DNA from: Acholeplasmataceae bacterium
GTDB lineage: Bacteria > Bacillota_I > Bacilli_A > Acholeplasmatales > Acholeplasmataceae
Assembly (NCBI GenBank): GCA_963667565.1
Contig: OY763415.1
Coordinates: 832,001-896,000, forward strand
DNA length: 64,000 bases
Direction of reading: 5' to 3'
The position numbers were made by a program, and so were the translations under genes. Shown in pieces: positions 1 to 9,024 of this stretch (position 1 is its first letter; each line of letters opens with the position of its first letter). Below the pieces are notes generated by a model. It saw only the letters and a list, made by a program, of their open reading frames with translations. It ran no database searches and was not told the DNA's origin.

Positions 1-1929
1 TTGTTGATCAGTTAAATCATATAGTTTACTCATTTGTGTTTCAAGATCAGTTAATATTTGTGTTTCTTTTTCCAATTGAATTTGTGTTGCTTGTGAACCG
101 ATATATGGCGTTTCATAACTTCTTGGATTTAATTGTCTTGCTGTGAAATTACCATATGTCATACCAGTTGGTGTAATTGATCGACGATAATTTTTTAAAT
201 CTTTTACATCTTCAACACATGCAACACCATTTAGCAACATATTGGCATAGTTTCTTGCGTAGCGGTGTTCTGAAGTGATTTTAGATGCAAGCATACCATC
301 AAGTGCATCTTCATAACTTTCAAGTTTTTGAGTGTTAACTAGACCTACACCATAAATTTTTTGTTCAAATTTAACACGATCATATATCTCTAAAGCGTCA
401 TTAAAATATCTAGGGTCAACAATAATGTCAAATCTTTGATTACCTAAATACCCCTCAAGTGCATTTCTCCAAAGTTCTTCTTTGACTTCAATGAGTTCAC
501 ATAAAGGTTGTACATTGACTTCTTTTTGATAGTAATTTGTTAGTTCATCATTTAAAGTTTGAATGAGTTTTTCAACATAAAATGGATACGTCTTGACATG
601 TCGTCTTAACTGGTTCATCTTTTGCTTAGAATCATTAATCAATTTAGATAATTCTTGTTTATCTCTTTCAACTTTATCTCTTTCAGTATGATAAGCTTGT
701 AATAATGCTTGAACATCAGAACTTAGGATATCTAGGTGATTCGATAACTCAGCAGTTTCCAATTGATCCATATGTGTTTGATAATATGTCACAAACGCCT
801 TAATAGAAGTATTTGGAAGAATCGTAAGTAACTCTTTCATCGTTTGGAATTCTTTATCAAGTAATTGTCTTAATTGGACAATCATTTCTTTTTGTTGATC
901 ATACTCATACCCTTTTTTGCGTAATGCTTCTTGATATGATTGAAGTGTTCTTGATAAATCACTATCATTTTTTGCACGTTCAAGATTTAAAATGGCTTGA
1001 TCATTTTCATCGATTTGTGCATCGATTTGAGCTTTTGCTTCTCTTAAATAATCTAGTTGTTTACTAATACCAACAAGTTTCGTTTCATTTTCTTTAATAA
1101 ACGCTTCTCTTTTTTCAATCCAATTAAGTTGATCAACTAGAGAGTTGATATCTTTTTGATCTTTGTTCAAAATGATTTCTTCACCAACTTGATTGATTTG
1201 ATCTAGCTTTTCAAGTTTTTCTTTATCATGTTGAATTTGTGCTTCAACTTTCTTAAGTTGTGCAACATTATTTTTAAGGGATTGAATATCAATTGGATCA
1301 TCATCTAACAAGAAATCAAAAACAAATTGTTGTAAATCTATCGATCTAAAAGCCAATGCTTTAGGTAATATTTTTGCATATTTAGTTGCATCCATACCAA
1401 AAAATCTAGCAAGTGCTTCTCTATATTTTCTTTGTGATTCAAATGGATTAAAATCAACATCTAAAGTTTTTAAATATGCCTTCATTGATTTATAATCTCT
1501 TGGATATTTTTTTTCTAGAAATAAAGAATCGTGAATTGAAATGTTATCTAATAAATAGAAACGTTCTTTTAAACTACTTGATTTAGGTAAATCTAAAACA
1601 ACACCAATGGTTGAAAATTTCTTACTTTGTTCATCAAAAAATTCCATGGCTAAATGAGAAACAACATCGCCATTTCTTAAATATTCTTTGTTTTCAGCAC
1701 CAATTCTACCTCTGATATATCCTTCGAGTGTACGTCTTGCATCATCGGTTGCTGCAATATTAAATTTAGCCCCACTTCTTCCACCAACAAGCATATATTG
1801 GATGGCATCAAGTAAAGTAGATTTACCTGATCCGTTTTCACCAGATACTAATGCACTATCTTTTATATCAATAGTTTGATTTGCAAATAAGTGCCAGTTT
1901 ACTAACTTAATCTTCGTCAACTTCTTCAT
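1..1929 (-). CDS. jetC: Wadjet JetC / MukB-like SMC ATPase (3' end runs off window)
   Basis: Not in ORF track. Translated by hand from ATG at 1929 (SD GGAAGGAGG): MKKLTKIKLVNWHLFANQTIDIKDSALVSGENGSGKSTLLDAIQ (Walker A), then coiled coil, then an in-frame hinge-like segment PLCELIEVKEELWRNALEGYLGNQRFDIIV near 420-510. Follows jetA/jetB-like genes. Confidence 0.85.
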   Translation of the reverse strand, partial: MKKLTKIKLVNWHLFANQTIDIKDSALVSGENGSGKSTLLDAIQYMLVGGRSGAKFNIAATDDARRTLEGYIRGRIGAENKEYLRNGDVVSHLAMEFFDEQSKKFSTIGVVLDLPKSSSLKERFYLLDNISIHDSLFLEKKYPRDYKSMKAYLKTLDVDFNPFESQRKYREALARFFGMDATKYAKILPKALAFRSIDLQQFVFDFLLDDDPIDIQSLKNNVAQLKKVEAQIQHDKEKLEKLDQINQVGEEIILNKDQKDINSLVDQLNWIEKREAFIKENETKLVGISKQLDYLREAKAQIDAQIDENDQAILNLERAKNDSDLSRTLQSYQEALRKKGYEYDQQKEMIVQLRQLLDKEFQTMKELLTILPNTSIKAFVTYYQTHMDQLETAELSNHLDILSSDVQALLQAYHTERDKVERDKQELSKLINDSKQKMNQLRRHVKTYPFYVEKLIQTLNDELTNYYQKEVNVQPLCELIEVKEELWRNALEGYLGNQRFDIIVDPRYFNDALEIYDRVKFEQKIYGVGLVNTQKLESYEDALDGMLASKITSEHRYARNYANMLLNGVACVEDVKDLKNYRRSITPTGMTYGNFTARQLNPRSYETPYIGSQATQIQLEKETQILTDLETQMSKLYDLTDQQ

Positions 1930-2542
1930 CTGATGAACCTCCTTCCATATAACCTTCGTACTTGTCTACAACTTCTTTAATTGTATCGTAGTTAGTTACG
2001 TATAAAATTGTTGGATAAATCTTAATTCTTGCATCATCATGTAAACCGCGATCAATATAGTCAATGATATTATAGCTTCTTAAGAAAGTTAATGCAGGTT
2101 TTAAACGATCTTTAGTAATTCTTTTATGGTCTAAATAACCAATACGTGTAAGTTCGCTATGGATCTCATGTAAATAGATTTCTACATCTTCATCAAGGGT
2201 GACAAAATCTTTTTTATGTTGAAATAGAATTCTAAGAGCAAGAATCATAATACTTTCAGTTTTTCTTAATCGCATATGATTGAAGAGTTGTTCATTTTCA
2301 ATGTAGACAACTTCAGTATCTCTATGAATGATTAAATTAAAATCAGCAAGTGCAAAAAATGCTTCAAAGACTTCTTTAAAAGCTAAAATAAAACGATAAT
2401 CAGAAGTATCCCCAGGCTTTCTTTTTGTGATGAAGTTTACTTGTAACAATTTATTAACGATACGTGAAACATTTGTTTTTTCACTTTCTTTTAATTGTTG
2501 GTATGTATCATTTAATTGTGTCATCGCTTGTTTTTTATTCAT
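1907..2542 (-). CDS. jetB: Wadjet JetB-like (DUF4194-type) KITE subunit
   Basis: 211 aa; RLRKTESIMILALR and RIKIYPTI segments resemble DUF4194; acidic tail overlaps the jetC start. Confidence 0.75.
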   Translation of the reverse strand: MNKKQAMTQLNDTYQQLKESEKTNVSRIVNKLLQVNFITKRKPGDTSDYRFILAFKEVFEAFFALADFNLIIHRDTEVVYIENEQLFNHMRLRKTESIMILALRILFQHKKDFVTLDEDVEIYLHEIHSELTRIGYLDHKRITKDRLKPALTFLRSYNIIDYIDRGLHDDARIKIYPTILYVTNYDTIKEVVDKYEGYMEGGSSDEEVDED

Positions 2543-3920
2543 AAGCTTTCCCCTTTATAATAAAGTTTTGGAATGTAATGAAATTATTTTTACATTTTTC
2601 ATTCGTTAATATAACATCATAGTGCATACCAACAGATTTTGAATATAGGAAGATTAAAATCAGTTTTACATAATCTTCTTGTGTCTCAATCAATACATCC
2701 TTAGCCTCAATTGAGAGATGATTTTCTAATAAGATTTTGACATATTGATCAATCTCTTTTTTACCAAATATATTATTTTTTAATAATGCTTTAATTTTTT
2801 GTTGTCTAAAATCATCACTGATAAAATCATCTTCAAAAGTGATTTCTTCAATTTGAGTGTCGATGCGCATTCTTCTTTGATTGTACAAAGAGTTCGTATC
2901 TAAATTACTCATTTGAACGATATTAAATAATGATGCATAATCGAAATCTTTTTCTTTTAACACAATTTGGAATAATCGATTAAATATACCTTCGATATCA
3001 TCTGATTGATTGGTTAAAAATAAAATCTTGGATGCTGCCGCTGTGACATATTGTTCATTCTTTTTATCAATGGATAGAATTAAATATTCTAATGCATTAA
3101 AACTATCTGAGATATATCGAAGCTTATCTTCAACATAGTTAAATGCTTCGTTATAATCATCTATACGTTTACGATACATCACATTTTTACATAACTCATC
3201 CATGAGATGCTCATTATGAATGATTTGCGATACATTTTCTAAAATACCTCGTTTATATCTTGATAAACTATCTGTCGTTTTTAAATTATAGTATGCTGAG
3301 TCAAAGAAGTTTTGTTTATATTCAATTAATAATTTTTCTAGAAGTTCATGGAGGTCATCTTTGGTTCTCTTTTTAGTAATATCATAATAAAATCTATAGA
3401 TATTTGCTTTTAAAGCTTTTAATTTACGAATAATGTCATCCGTTTTTAGTGCAGCTTGCTCTAATACACCAATACCTTCTTCAATTGAAAATGATGATAG
3501 TAATGAATAAACAGCATATATTTCACCAGTATATTCATTTTGTGTATTGTTTTGAATTCTAATCAACGTATCAATTAATTGAATAGAATAGTCAAAAAGG
3601 TTAAGTGATGTCTTATAATCACCTAACTCCTCTTCCCCTAACCATCCAGTTTTCTTTAATATATTAATGACATGGACTGCTTTTTGTCTAGAAGTATGTT
3701 GTGTCTCGCCTTCTTCAACATCTTCAAATAATTCATCAGCTTTATCATCAAAATAATCAACGAGTTTTTGTACAATATATTCTCGATCCCCTTGAAAAGC
3801 ATCCTCAATACTATCTACTGCATGATAAATTACCATGATGCAGTCAATATAAGTTTCTTTATTTGGGGAGGCAAGCACACTAAAAAAATTAATAGGTAAT
3901 CTTTCAAACAATTGTGCCAT
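2535..3920 (-). CDS. jetA: Wadjet JetA-like (DUF5716-type) kleisin subunit
   Basis: 461 aa; N-terminal LFERLPINFFSVLASPNK and LKKTGWL motifs; first gene of the overlapping A-B-C operon. Confidence 0.75.
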   Translation of the reverse strand: MAQLFERLPINFFSVLASPNKETYIDCIMVIYHAVDSIEDAFQGDREYIVQKLVDYFDDKADELFEDVEEGETQHTSRQKAVHVINILKKTGWLGEEELGDYKTSLNLFDYSIQLIDTLIRIQNNTQNEYTGEIYAVYSLLSSFSIEEGIGVLEQAALKTDDIIRKLKALKANIYRFYYDITKKRTKDDLHELLEKLLIEYKQNFFDSAYYNLKTTDSLSRYKRGILENVSQIIHNEHLMDELCKNVMYRKRIDDYNEAFNYVEDKLRYISDSFNALEYLILSIDKKNEQYVTAAASKILFLTNQSDDIEGIFNRLFQIVLKEKDFDYASLFNIVQMSNLDTNSLYNQRRMRIDTQIEEITFEDDFISDDFRQQKIKALLKNNIFGKKEIDQYVKILLENHLSIEAKDVLIETQEDYVKLILIFLYSKSVGMHYDVILTNEKCKNNFITFQNFIIKGKAYE

Positions 3921-4041
3921 CGTTAACCTCCTTTAAATTATACAAAAAATAAATATAAAATTTCATAACTATTGTATCATGTTTATCACATATTTACTAT
4001 GTTACACACCGATTTTTAATCGATTTCTGCTCAAATATTAT

Positions 4042-4072
4042 AAAAAAAAACGATAAATATATATTTATCGTT
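4042..4072 (-). terminator. Intrinsic terminator of the DsbA/FrnE gene
   Basis: AACGATAAAT/ATTTATCGTT inverted repeat followed by a T run on the minus strand. Confidence 0.65.
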
Positions 4073-4084
4073 ATCACATATTTC

Positions 4085-4729
4085 TTAATGAGATTTTTTT
4101 CTTTGGCAATGTTCACCAACACAATGTTCATTTTCTTGTTTTAAAATACCTAAATTGAGTGCTTTCAAAATGGATTCTTCTGTTTGTACTCCTTCGAGTT
4201 TCATGCTTTGATTGATTCTTAAAAACGGTAGAGATTCAACACCTTTTAACAGACCATTTTCTTTGTTTGAAATGACTGCTTCACTATATTTTTCGCTACA
4301 TAACACAAGATTCACTTCATCCTCAGGAAGACCAATAGATAATGCTAATTCTCTTAATTCGTGAATGAGAGATAGATTTTTACGATCTTCATAGATGGCT
4401 TTAAATACTGCTTTGTTATAGACATAAGATTTTTTTGTCTTTTTAGCTAAATGTGCCATTTGATGAACATGATGAATAGGAAATAAGTCAATTTCAAGAT
4501 TTGTTTCTTTCAAAAATTCGATGACTTCATCTCTTGGAATATGCTTATATTCGACAATAAAATCAACGAAGCTCATTGATGGATCAAATGAATGACTATC
4601 AACCATTTCGAAACTACGATAAATGATAATATTTTCTTCGATTTCCTTTGCTTCAATCATTTGTTCAATGACTTTATGTTGCAAGTAACATTTTGGACAC
4701 AAATAATCTAAATAAAATTCTATTTTCAT
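4085..4729 (-). CDS. DsbA/FrnE-family thiol-disulfide oxidoreductase
   Basis: N-terminal DYLCPKCY, cis-Pro loop GVESLPF, C-terminal CVGEHC (CxxxxC tail as in FrnE). Confidence 0.8.
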   Translation of the reverse strand: MKIEFYLDYLCPKCYLQHKVIEQMIEAKEIEENIIIYRSFEMVDSHSFDPSMSFVDFIVEYKHIPRDEVIEFLKETNLEIDLFPIHHVHQMAHLAKKTKKSYVYNKAVFKAIYEDRKNLSLIHELRELALSIGLPEDEVNLVLCSEKYSEAVISNKENGLLKGVESLPFLRINQSMKLEGVQTEESILKALNLGILKQENEHCVGEHCQRKKSH

Positions 4730-4802
4730 ATAAAAACACCCTCTTTAAAATACAATAATATTCTAACAATAAAGGGTGCTATTTTTCAACTTATTTACAT
4801 TT

Positions 4803-5570
4803 TTATTTAATATCACTTAATGCTTTTGTAATCATATCTAAAGGATATCCTTTTCGATACAATTTAGAAATGATCTTTTGCTTATCTTCATATGAGAGTA
4901 TCTTTGATTTTATTTTTAATCTCTGTTGATGAACTTCTTTTTCAATCACATGCATATCCACTTCATTTAAGAGGTGATTATGTTTACCAATCACAGTGTC
5001 AATTGCATCTTGAGAAAACCCTAATCTGTAAAAATCAGTCTTTATTTTTAACAAGATTTGTTTCTTAGCTTTTTTACCATTTAATGATCGCATCTTTTTT
5101 GGTATCAAATCACTTAATATTTCAATTTCATTGATACGTTCTGTAAATCCTAATATGATATTTAAGTCAACGCCTTTTTTTAAAAGTTCATCTTGAATAT
5201 ATTTAGGGCCTTTTTGGTATTGTTTAAGGGATACATACATTTTAGTATAAAGATAATCATCTAAATATTTCTTTTCTGCAAATTCAAAGACGATTTGTTT
5301 TGCAATCGCAACCGTAGCTTCTTTTTTAATTAAATAATCATACATCTCTTTTTTTGTCTGCATGTTGTTTAGACGTTTTAGTCCAATACGTTTATACTTC
5401 TCATATTGATTATCTAAAATAAATCTTTGGTATGCACTTTGATCAAGTTCTTGAAATAACTTTAAATGCAACTTTAAATAAATCACTGGTTCAACCTCAA
5501 TGACTTCTTGATTATTTAAAGTAACTTGATAAATTGTCTTTAATTTTTTAATCTGAGTTATTTTATGCAT
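4803..5570 (-). CDS. recX: RecX regulatory protein (long Firmicutes form)
   Basis: YLDDYLY...KGPKYIQDELLKKGV repeat and C-terminal KLYRKGY. Confidence 0.8.
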   Translation of the reverse strand: MHKITQIKKLKTIYQVTLNNQEVIEVEPVIYLKLHLKLFQELDQSAYQRFILDNQYEKYKRIGLKRLNNMQTKKEMYDYLIKKEATVAIAKQIVFEFAEKKYLDDYLYTKMYVSLKQYQKGPKYIQDELLKKGVDLNIILGFTERINEIEILSDLIPKKMRSLNGKKAKKQILLKIKTDFYRLGFSQDAIDTVIGKHNHLLNEVDMHVIEKEVHQQRLKIKSKILSYEDKQKIISKLYRKGYPLDMITKALSDIK

Positions 5571-7065
5571 TTTGGTTTTGAATAAGTGTGATCAAAGATT
5601 GCAATTGAACATCATTTGATAAAATTGAAGACATAACTTTAAAGTCTAAATACACAAATCTTGCTGTCTCTAAGTCTATCATACCAGTTTGTGTGATGCC
5701 ATGTTCGCTTTGATATTGCTTAATATAATCTTCTGTTCTTTGATCAAAGTAACCATCTGTTCTTATCATCGAACCTTCATCTAAATTAAAATATGTATTA
5801 AAAAATTTTTGATAATCAATTAAATTTGGATCGACTTGATCAAAACTTAATTCACCCATAAATATAGGTAGATCTAATGTTAATATGCCACTTTGATCAA
5901 GTGATTCAACTAAAAGTGGATCAGTAGACACATTGAGATTATCACCATAGTTCCAAACACCTTCCGTATATGTTAAATAATAACTTATGTTTCTGATATC
6001 GTTTAAATAGATTGAATTTTGATATACACCTTTACCATATGTGTCTGATCCATAAAGCGTATACCCATAACTTGAGAGTGAAGCAGCAAGAACTTCGCTT
6101 GCTGAGGCGCTATTACCATTAACTAATACTTTGATATCATATGGTTTTATTTGTGATAAACCACCGTAATATGAAGTAACAACATCTTTTTTATCAACCA
6201 TTGAAAAGAGTGGTTGAGAAAGATTATATGGAAGTAAAAGTTGTGTAATCCCAGGGTTTAAATTGGTCCCTTGATTAGTAAGTGCAGTGAGTGAACCACC
6301 AGGATTATCTCTTAAATCAATGATTAAAGTTTTATTTTCGCCTTCTAGAACAGATGACTCTAAAGTATTTAATACTTCGTTAAATACATAATTTGTACCA
6401 ACTGAGACACCTTGCTCATATCCATTAAAATGGTCAATTTTAATATATCCTATATCATTAGATCCTAAGTCTATAGCATAGGCTGATGGAGTTAATATTT
6501 CTTGATACATAAAATCAACTGTATATGTCTCATGACTCGGATTTTGAACTATGATTTCTTTTTCATCACTAAGAGATCCTGTTAAATAAGTAAGAACTTC
6601 ATCAGTCGTAGCCAAATCATCAAAATATATAGGTTGTTCATCAATCATAACGCCAGTAATCAAATCATATGGATATAGTTTTAGATATAAATCACTTGTA
6701 GGATCAACATCGATCACACGTAAATCGTTTTGATCAAAATAAAAATCTATGCCCATACCCACATATGACTCAACATTTTTATTCGCTACTGAAGGGATAA
6801 CTGCAGTTATTTTTGTATATGGGTCATTATGATTTGCTGCATATGTATCAACAACAGCGTACATAGATTCAATAAATGCATCATAAACATCATCTGAATC
6901 TATATCATAATAATAATATTCATCAAATGCTTTGGTGATATAATTAAAAATTTCATCACTTTCTATGACCATTTTGCTTTCAACCAAATTGGATGAAAAA
7001 TATCCAGCTGCAAAAGCTAAAATGACAGAAAACAGAAATAATATAGCTAATTTTTTCGTTCCCAT
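5563..7065 (-). CDS. S41 C-terminal processing protease (CtpA-like) with PDZ-like region and C-terminal peptidoglycan-binding-like domain
   Basis: IIDLRDNPGG, LVNGNSASASE, TYGKG motifs; N-terminal TM/signal; C-terminal DGYFDQRTEDYIKQYQSEHGITQTGMIDLET. Confidence 0.85.
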   Translation of the reverse strand: MGTKKLAILFLFSVILAFAAGYFSSNLVESKMVIESDEIFNYITKAFDEYYYYDIDSDDVYDAFIESMYAVVDTYAANHNDPYTKITAVIPSVANKNVESYVGMGIDFYFDQNDLRVIDVDPTSDLYLKLYPYDLITGVMIDEQPIYFDDLATTDEVLTYLTGSLSDEKEIIVQNPSHETYTVDFMYQEILTPSAYAIDLGSNDIGYIKIDHFNGYEQGVSVGTNYVFNEVLNTLESSVLEGENKTLIIDLRDNPGGSLTALTNQGTNLNPGITQLLLPYNLSQPLFSMVDKKDVVTSYYGGLSQIKPYDIKVLVNGNSASASEVLAASLSSYGYTLYGSDTYGKGVYQNSIYLNDIRNISYYLTYTEGVWNYGDNLNVSTDPLLVESLDQSGILTLDLPIFMGELSFDQVDPNLIDYQKFFNTYFNLDEGSMIRTDGYFDQRTEDYIKQYQSEHGITQTGMIDLETARFVYLDFKVMSSILSNDVQLQSLITLIQNQNA

Positions 7066-7928
7066 ATCGCTTGCTCCCTACTAAATCCATTGCCTAATGC
7101 TTCTTTTGTTCTAGTAACAAATGTAAAAGCATTTGGATCTGTTTCTTTGATAATCATTTTAAATGTATATAACTGTAATCGATCAACAGTACAGATGATC
7201 ATATCACGTTCTTGTTTTCTAAATCCACCGACAACTTTTGATATCGTAATACCACGATCTAATTTTAGATAGATTTCAGTTTTAATTTCTTCTGTTTTAT
7301 TTGTAACAATAAATACTGTGAAACCCGATAAACCTTCAATGGATAATTGATCAATAATGATCCCACTTAATAGCATGGCTCCGAAAGCGTATAATCCATG
7401 TTGGAAATCTAAAAACAACGCAATAAGAATAATGGTTCCATCAATAAAGTATACGGCTAGATGAAATGGAATTTTTGCATATTTAGTGAGTATTTTTTGT
7501 AACACATCAATACCACCAGTAGTTGCATTATTTCTAATAACAACTGCGAGTCCAAAACCTACCATAAGTCCACCAAATATAGCAGATATGAGTAATGGAG
7601 ATTCGGTCATATGTTGCATAAAAAAGTTTGGATCAATGGTTTGTTCTAATATCCATAAAATCAGCGGTGACAGTAAAGTTGCATATATAGTTTTCATAAA
7701 AAACACTTTACCTAAGACAACAAGTCCAATCAATAATAAAACAACATTAGCAATAAATATGAAGGTTGAAACAGGTATATAGTCTTGTATAAGTACAGAA
7801 ATACCCATAACTCCACCAATCACTAAATTAAGAGGTAATAAGAAAAAATAGAAACCAAATGACATAACTATGACGCCTAATGTGATTTCTAAAACTTCTC
7901 TGATCTTTGCTTTATTCATGTTCATCAC
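7047..7928 (-). CDS. YitT-family membrane protein
   Basis: LVIGGVMG, ATTGGID, RGIT and DPNAF motifs. Confidence 0.85.
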   Translation of the reverse strand: MMNMNKAKIREVLEITLGVIVMSFGFYFFLLPLNLVIGGVMGISVLIQDYIPVSTFIFIANVVLLLIGLVVLGKVFFMKTIYATLLSPLILWILEQTIDPNFFMQHMTESPLLISAIFGGLMVGFGLAVVIRNNATTGGIDVLQKILTKYAKIPFHLAVYFIDGTIILIALFLDFQHGLYAFGAMLLSGIIIDQLSIEGLSGFTVFIVTNKTEEIKTEIYLKLDRGITISKVVGGFRKQERDMIICTVDRLQLYTFKMIIKETDPNAFTFVTRTKEALGNGFSREQAIWERKN

Positions 7929-9012
7929 CAGCTTTTAAATAGGCATTAATAAAACCATCAATGTCGCCATCCATGACTTGATCAATTTGTCCAACTTCAA
8001 AATTAGTTCGATGATCTTTAACCATTTGATATGGATGAAAAACATAAGATCTAATTTGCGATCCCCATGCAATATCTTTTTGTTCACCTTTAATATTTTT
8101 CATGGTTTCTTCTTGTTTTTTTATTTCTTCTTGCACTAATTTTGTTTTTAAAATTTTAAACGCAGTTTCTTTATTTTTAATTTGACTACGCTCATTTTGA
8201 CATGTCACAACAATTCCTGAAGGAAGGTGAGTAATTCTTACAGCTGAGTCAGTTGTATTAACAGATTGACCACCTGCACCACTACTTCTATAAACGTCAA
8301 TCTTTAAATCTTCATCTTTAATTTCTATTTCAATATCATCATCAAACTCTGGCATTACATCAAGTGACGCAAAAGATGTATGACGTCGTGCATTAGAATC
8401 AAATGGTGAAATTCTTACAAGTCGATGTACGCCACGCTCTGCTTTTAAATAACCAAATGCATAAGGTCCTTTAACACGCATAGTCACACTTTTAATACCA
8501 GCTTCTTCACCTGCTTGATAATCTAAGACTTCAACTTTATAACGTCTTCTTTGAGCAAATCTGGTATACATTCTATAAAGCATATCACACCAGTCTTGAG
8601 ATTCAGTACCACCCGCACCTGGATGTAATTCTAAAATAGCATCATGATCATCATATGGACCATTAAGCAGTGTTTTAATTTCAAATTCTTTAAGTGTCTT
8701 TTCAAGTGATTTAATGTCATCTTCTAAAATACTCCACTCCTCAGTGTCTTCTTCGGAAATTTCAAACCACTCTATTAATTGTTTTAACTTATTTTCTAAT
8801 CGATAATATTCATCAATTTTTTCTTTAATACTGGTAGCATCTTTTGACACTTTTCGCGCTTGATTAGGATCATTCCAAAAATCTGGCGCTTGCATTTTTT
8901 CGTTCAATGATTCATATTTTTGATTAAGCAATTCAGGTTTCAAAGCGTTATTTAAATCTTGAATTCTTGTTTCAAATGAACCAATCATTTTATTAACGTC
9001 GTAGCGCTCCAT
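7912..9012 (-). CDS. prfB: Peptide chain release factor 2
   Basis: SPF recognition motif and GGQ; downstream of secA; uninterrupted ORF. Confidence 0.97.
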   Translation of the reverse strand: MERYDVNKMIGSFETRIQDLNNALKPELLNQKYESLNEKMQAPDFWNDPNQARKVSKDATSIKEKIDEYYRLENKLKQLIEWFEISEEDTEEWSILEDDIKSLEKTLKEFEIKTLLNGPYDDHDAILELHPGAGGTESQDWCDMLYRMYTRFAQRRRYKVEVLDYQAGEEAGIKSVTMRVKGPYAFGYLKAERGVHRLVRISPFDSNARRHTSFASLDVMPEFDDDIEIEIKDEDLKIDVYRSSGAGGQSVNTTDSAVRITHLPSGIVVTCQNERSQIKNKETAFKILKTKLVQEEIKKQEETMKNIKGEQKDIAWGSQIRSYVFHPYQMVKDHRTNFEVGQIDQVMDGDIDGFINAYLKAGDEHE

Positions 9013-9024
9013 GAAATGACCTCC

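Noticed and set aside
1688..1879. 63-aa plus-strand ORF
   Set aside because: Antisense shadow of the jetC Walker A region
8940..8945. CTTTGA on the minus strand at prfB codons 23-25, as a possible relic frameshift site
   Set aside because: It is out of frame, a +1 shift from it would not enter the RF2 frame, and there is no upstream SD; likely coincidence
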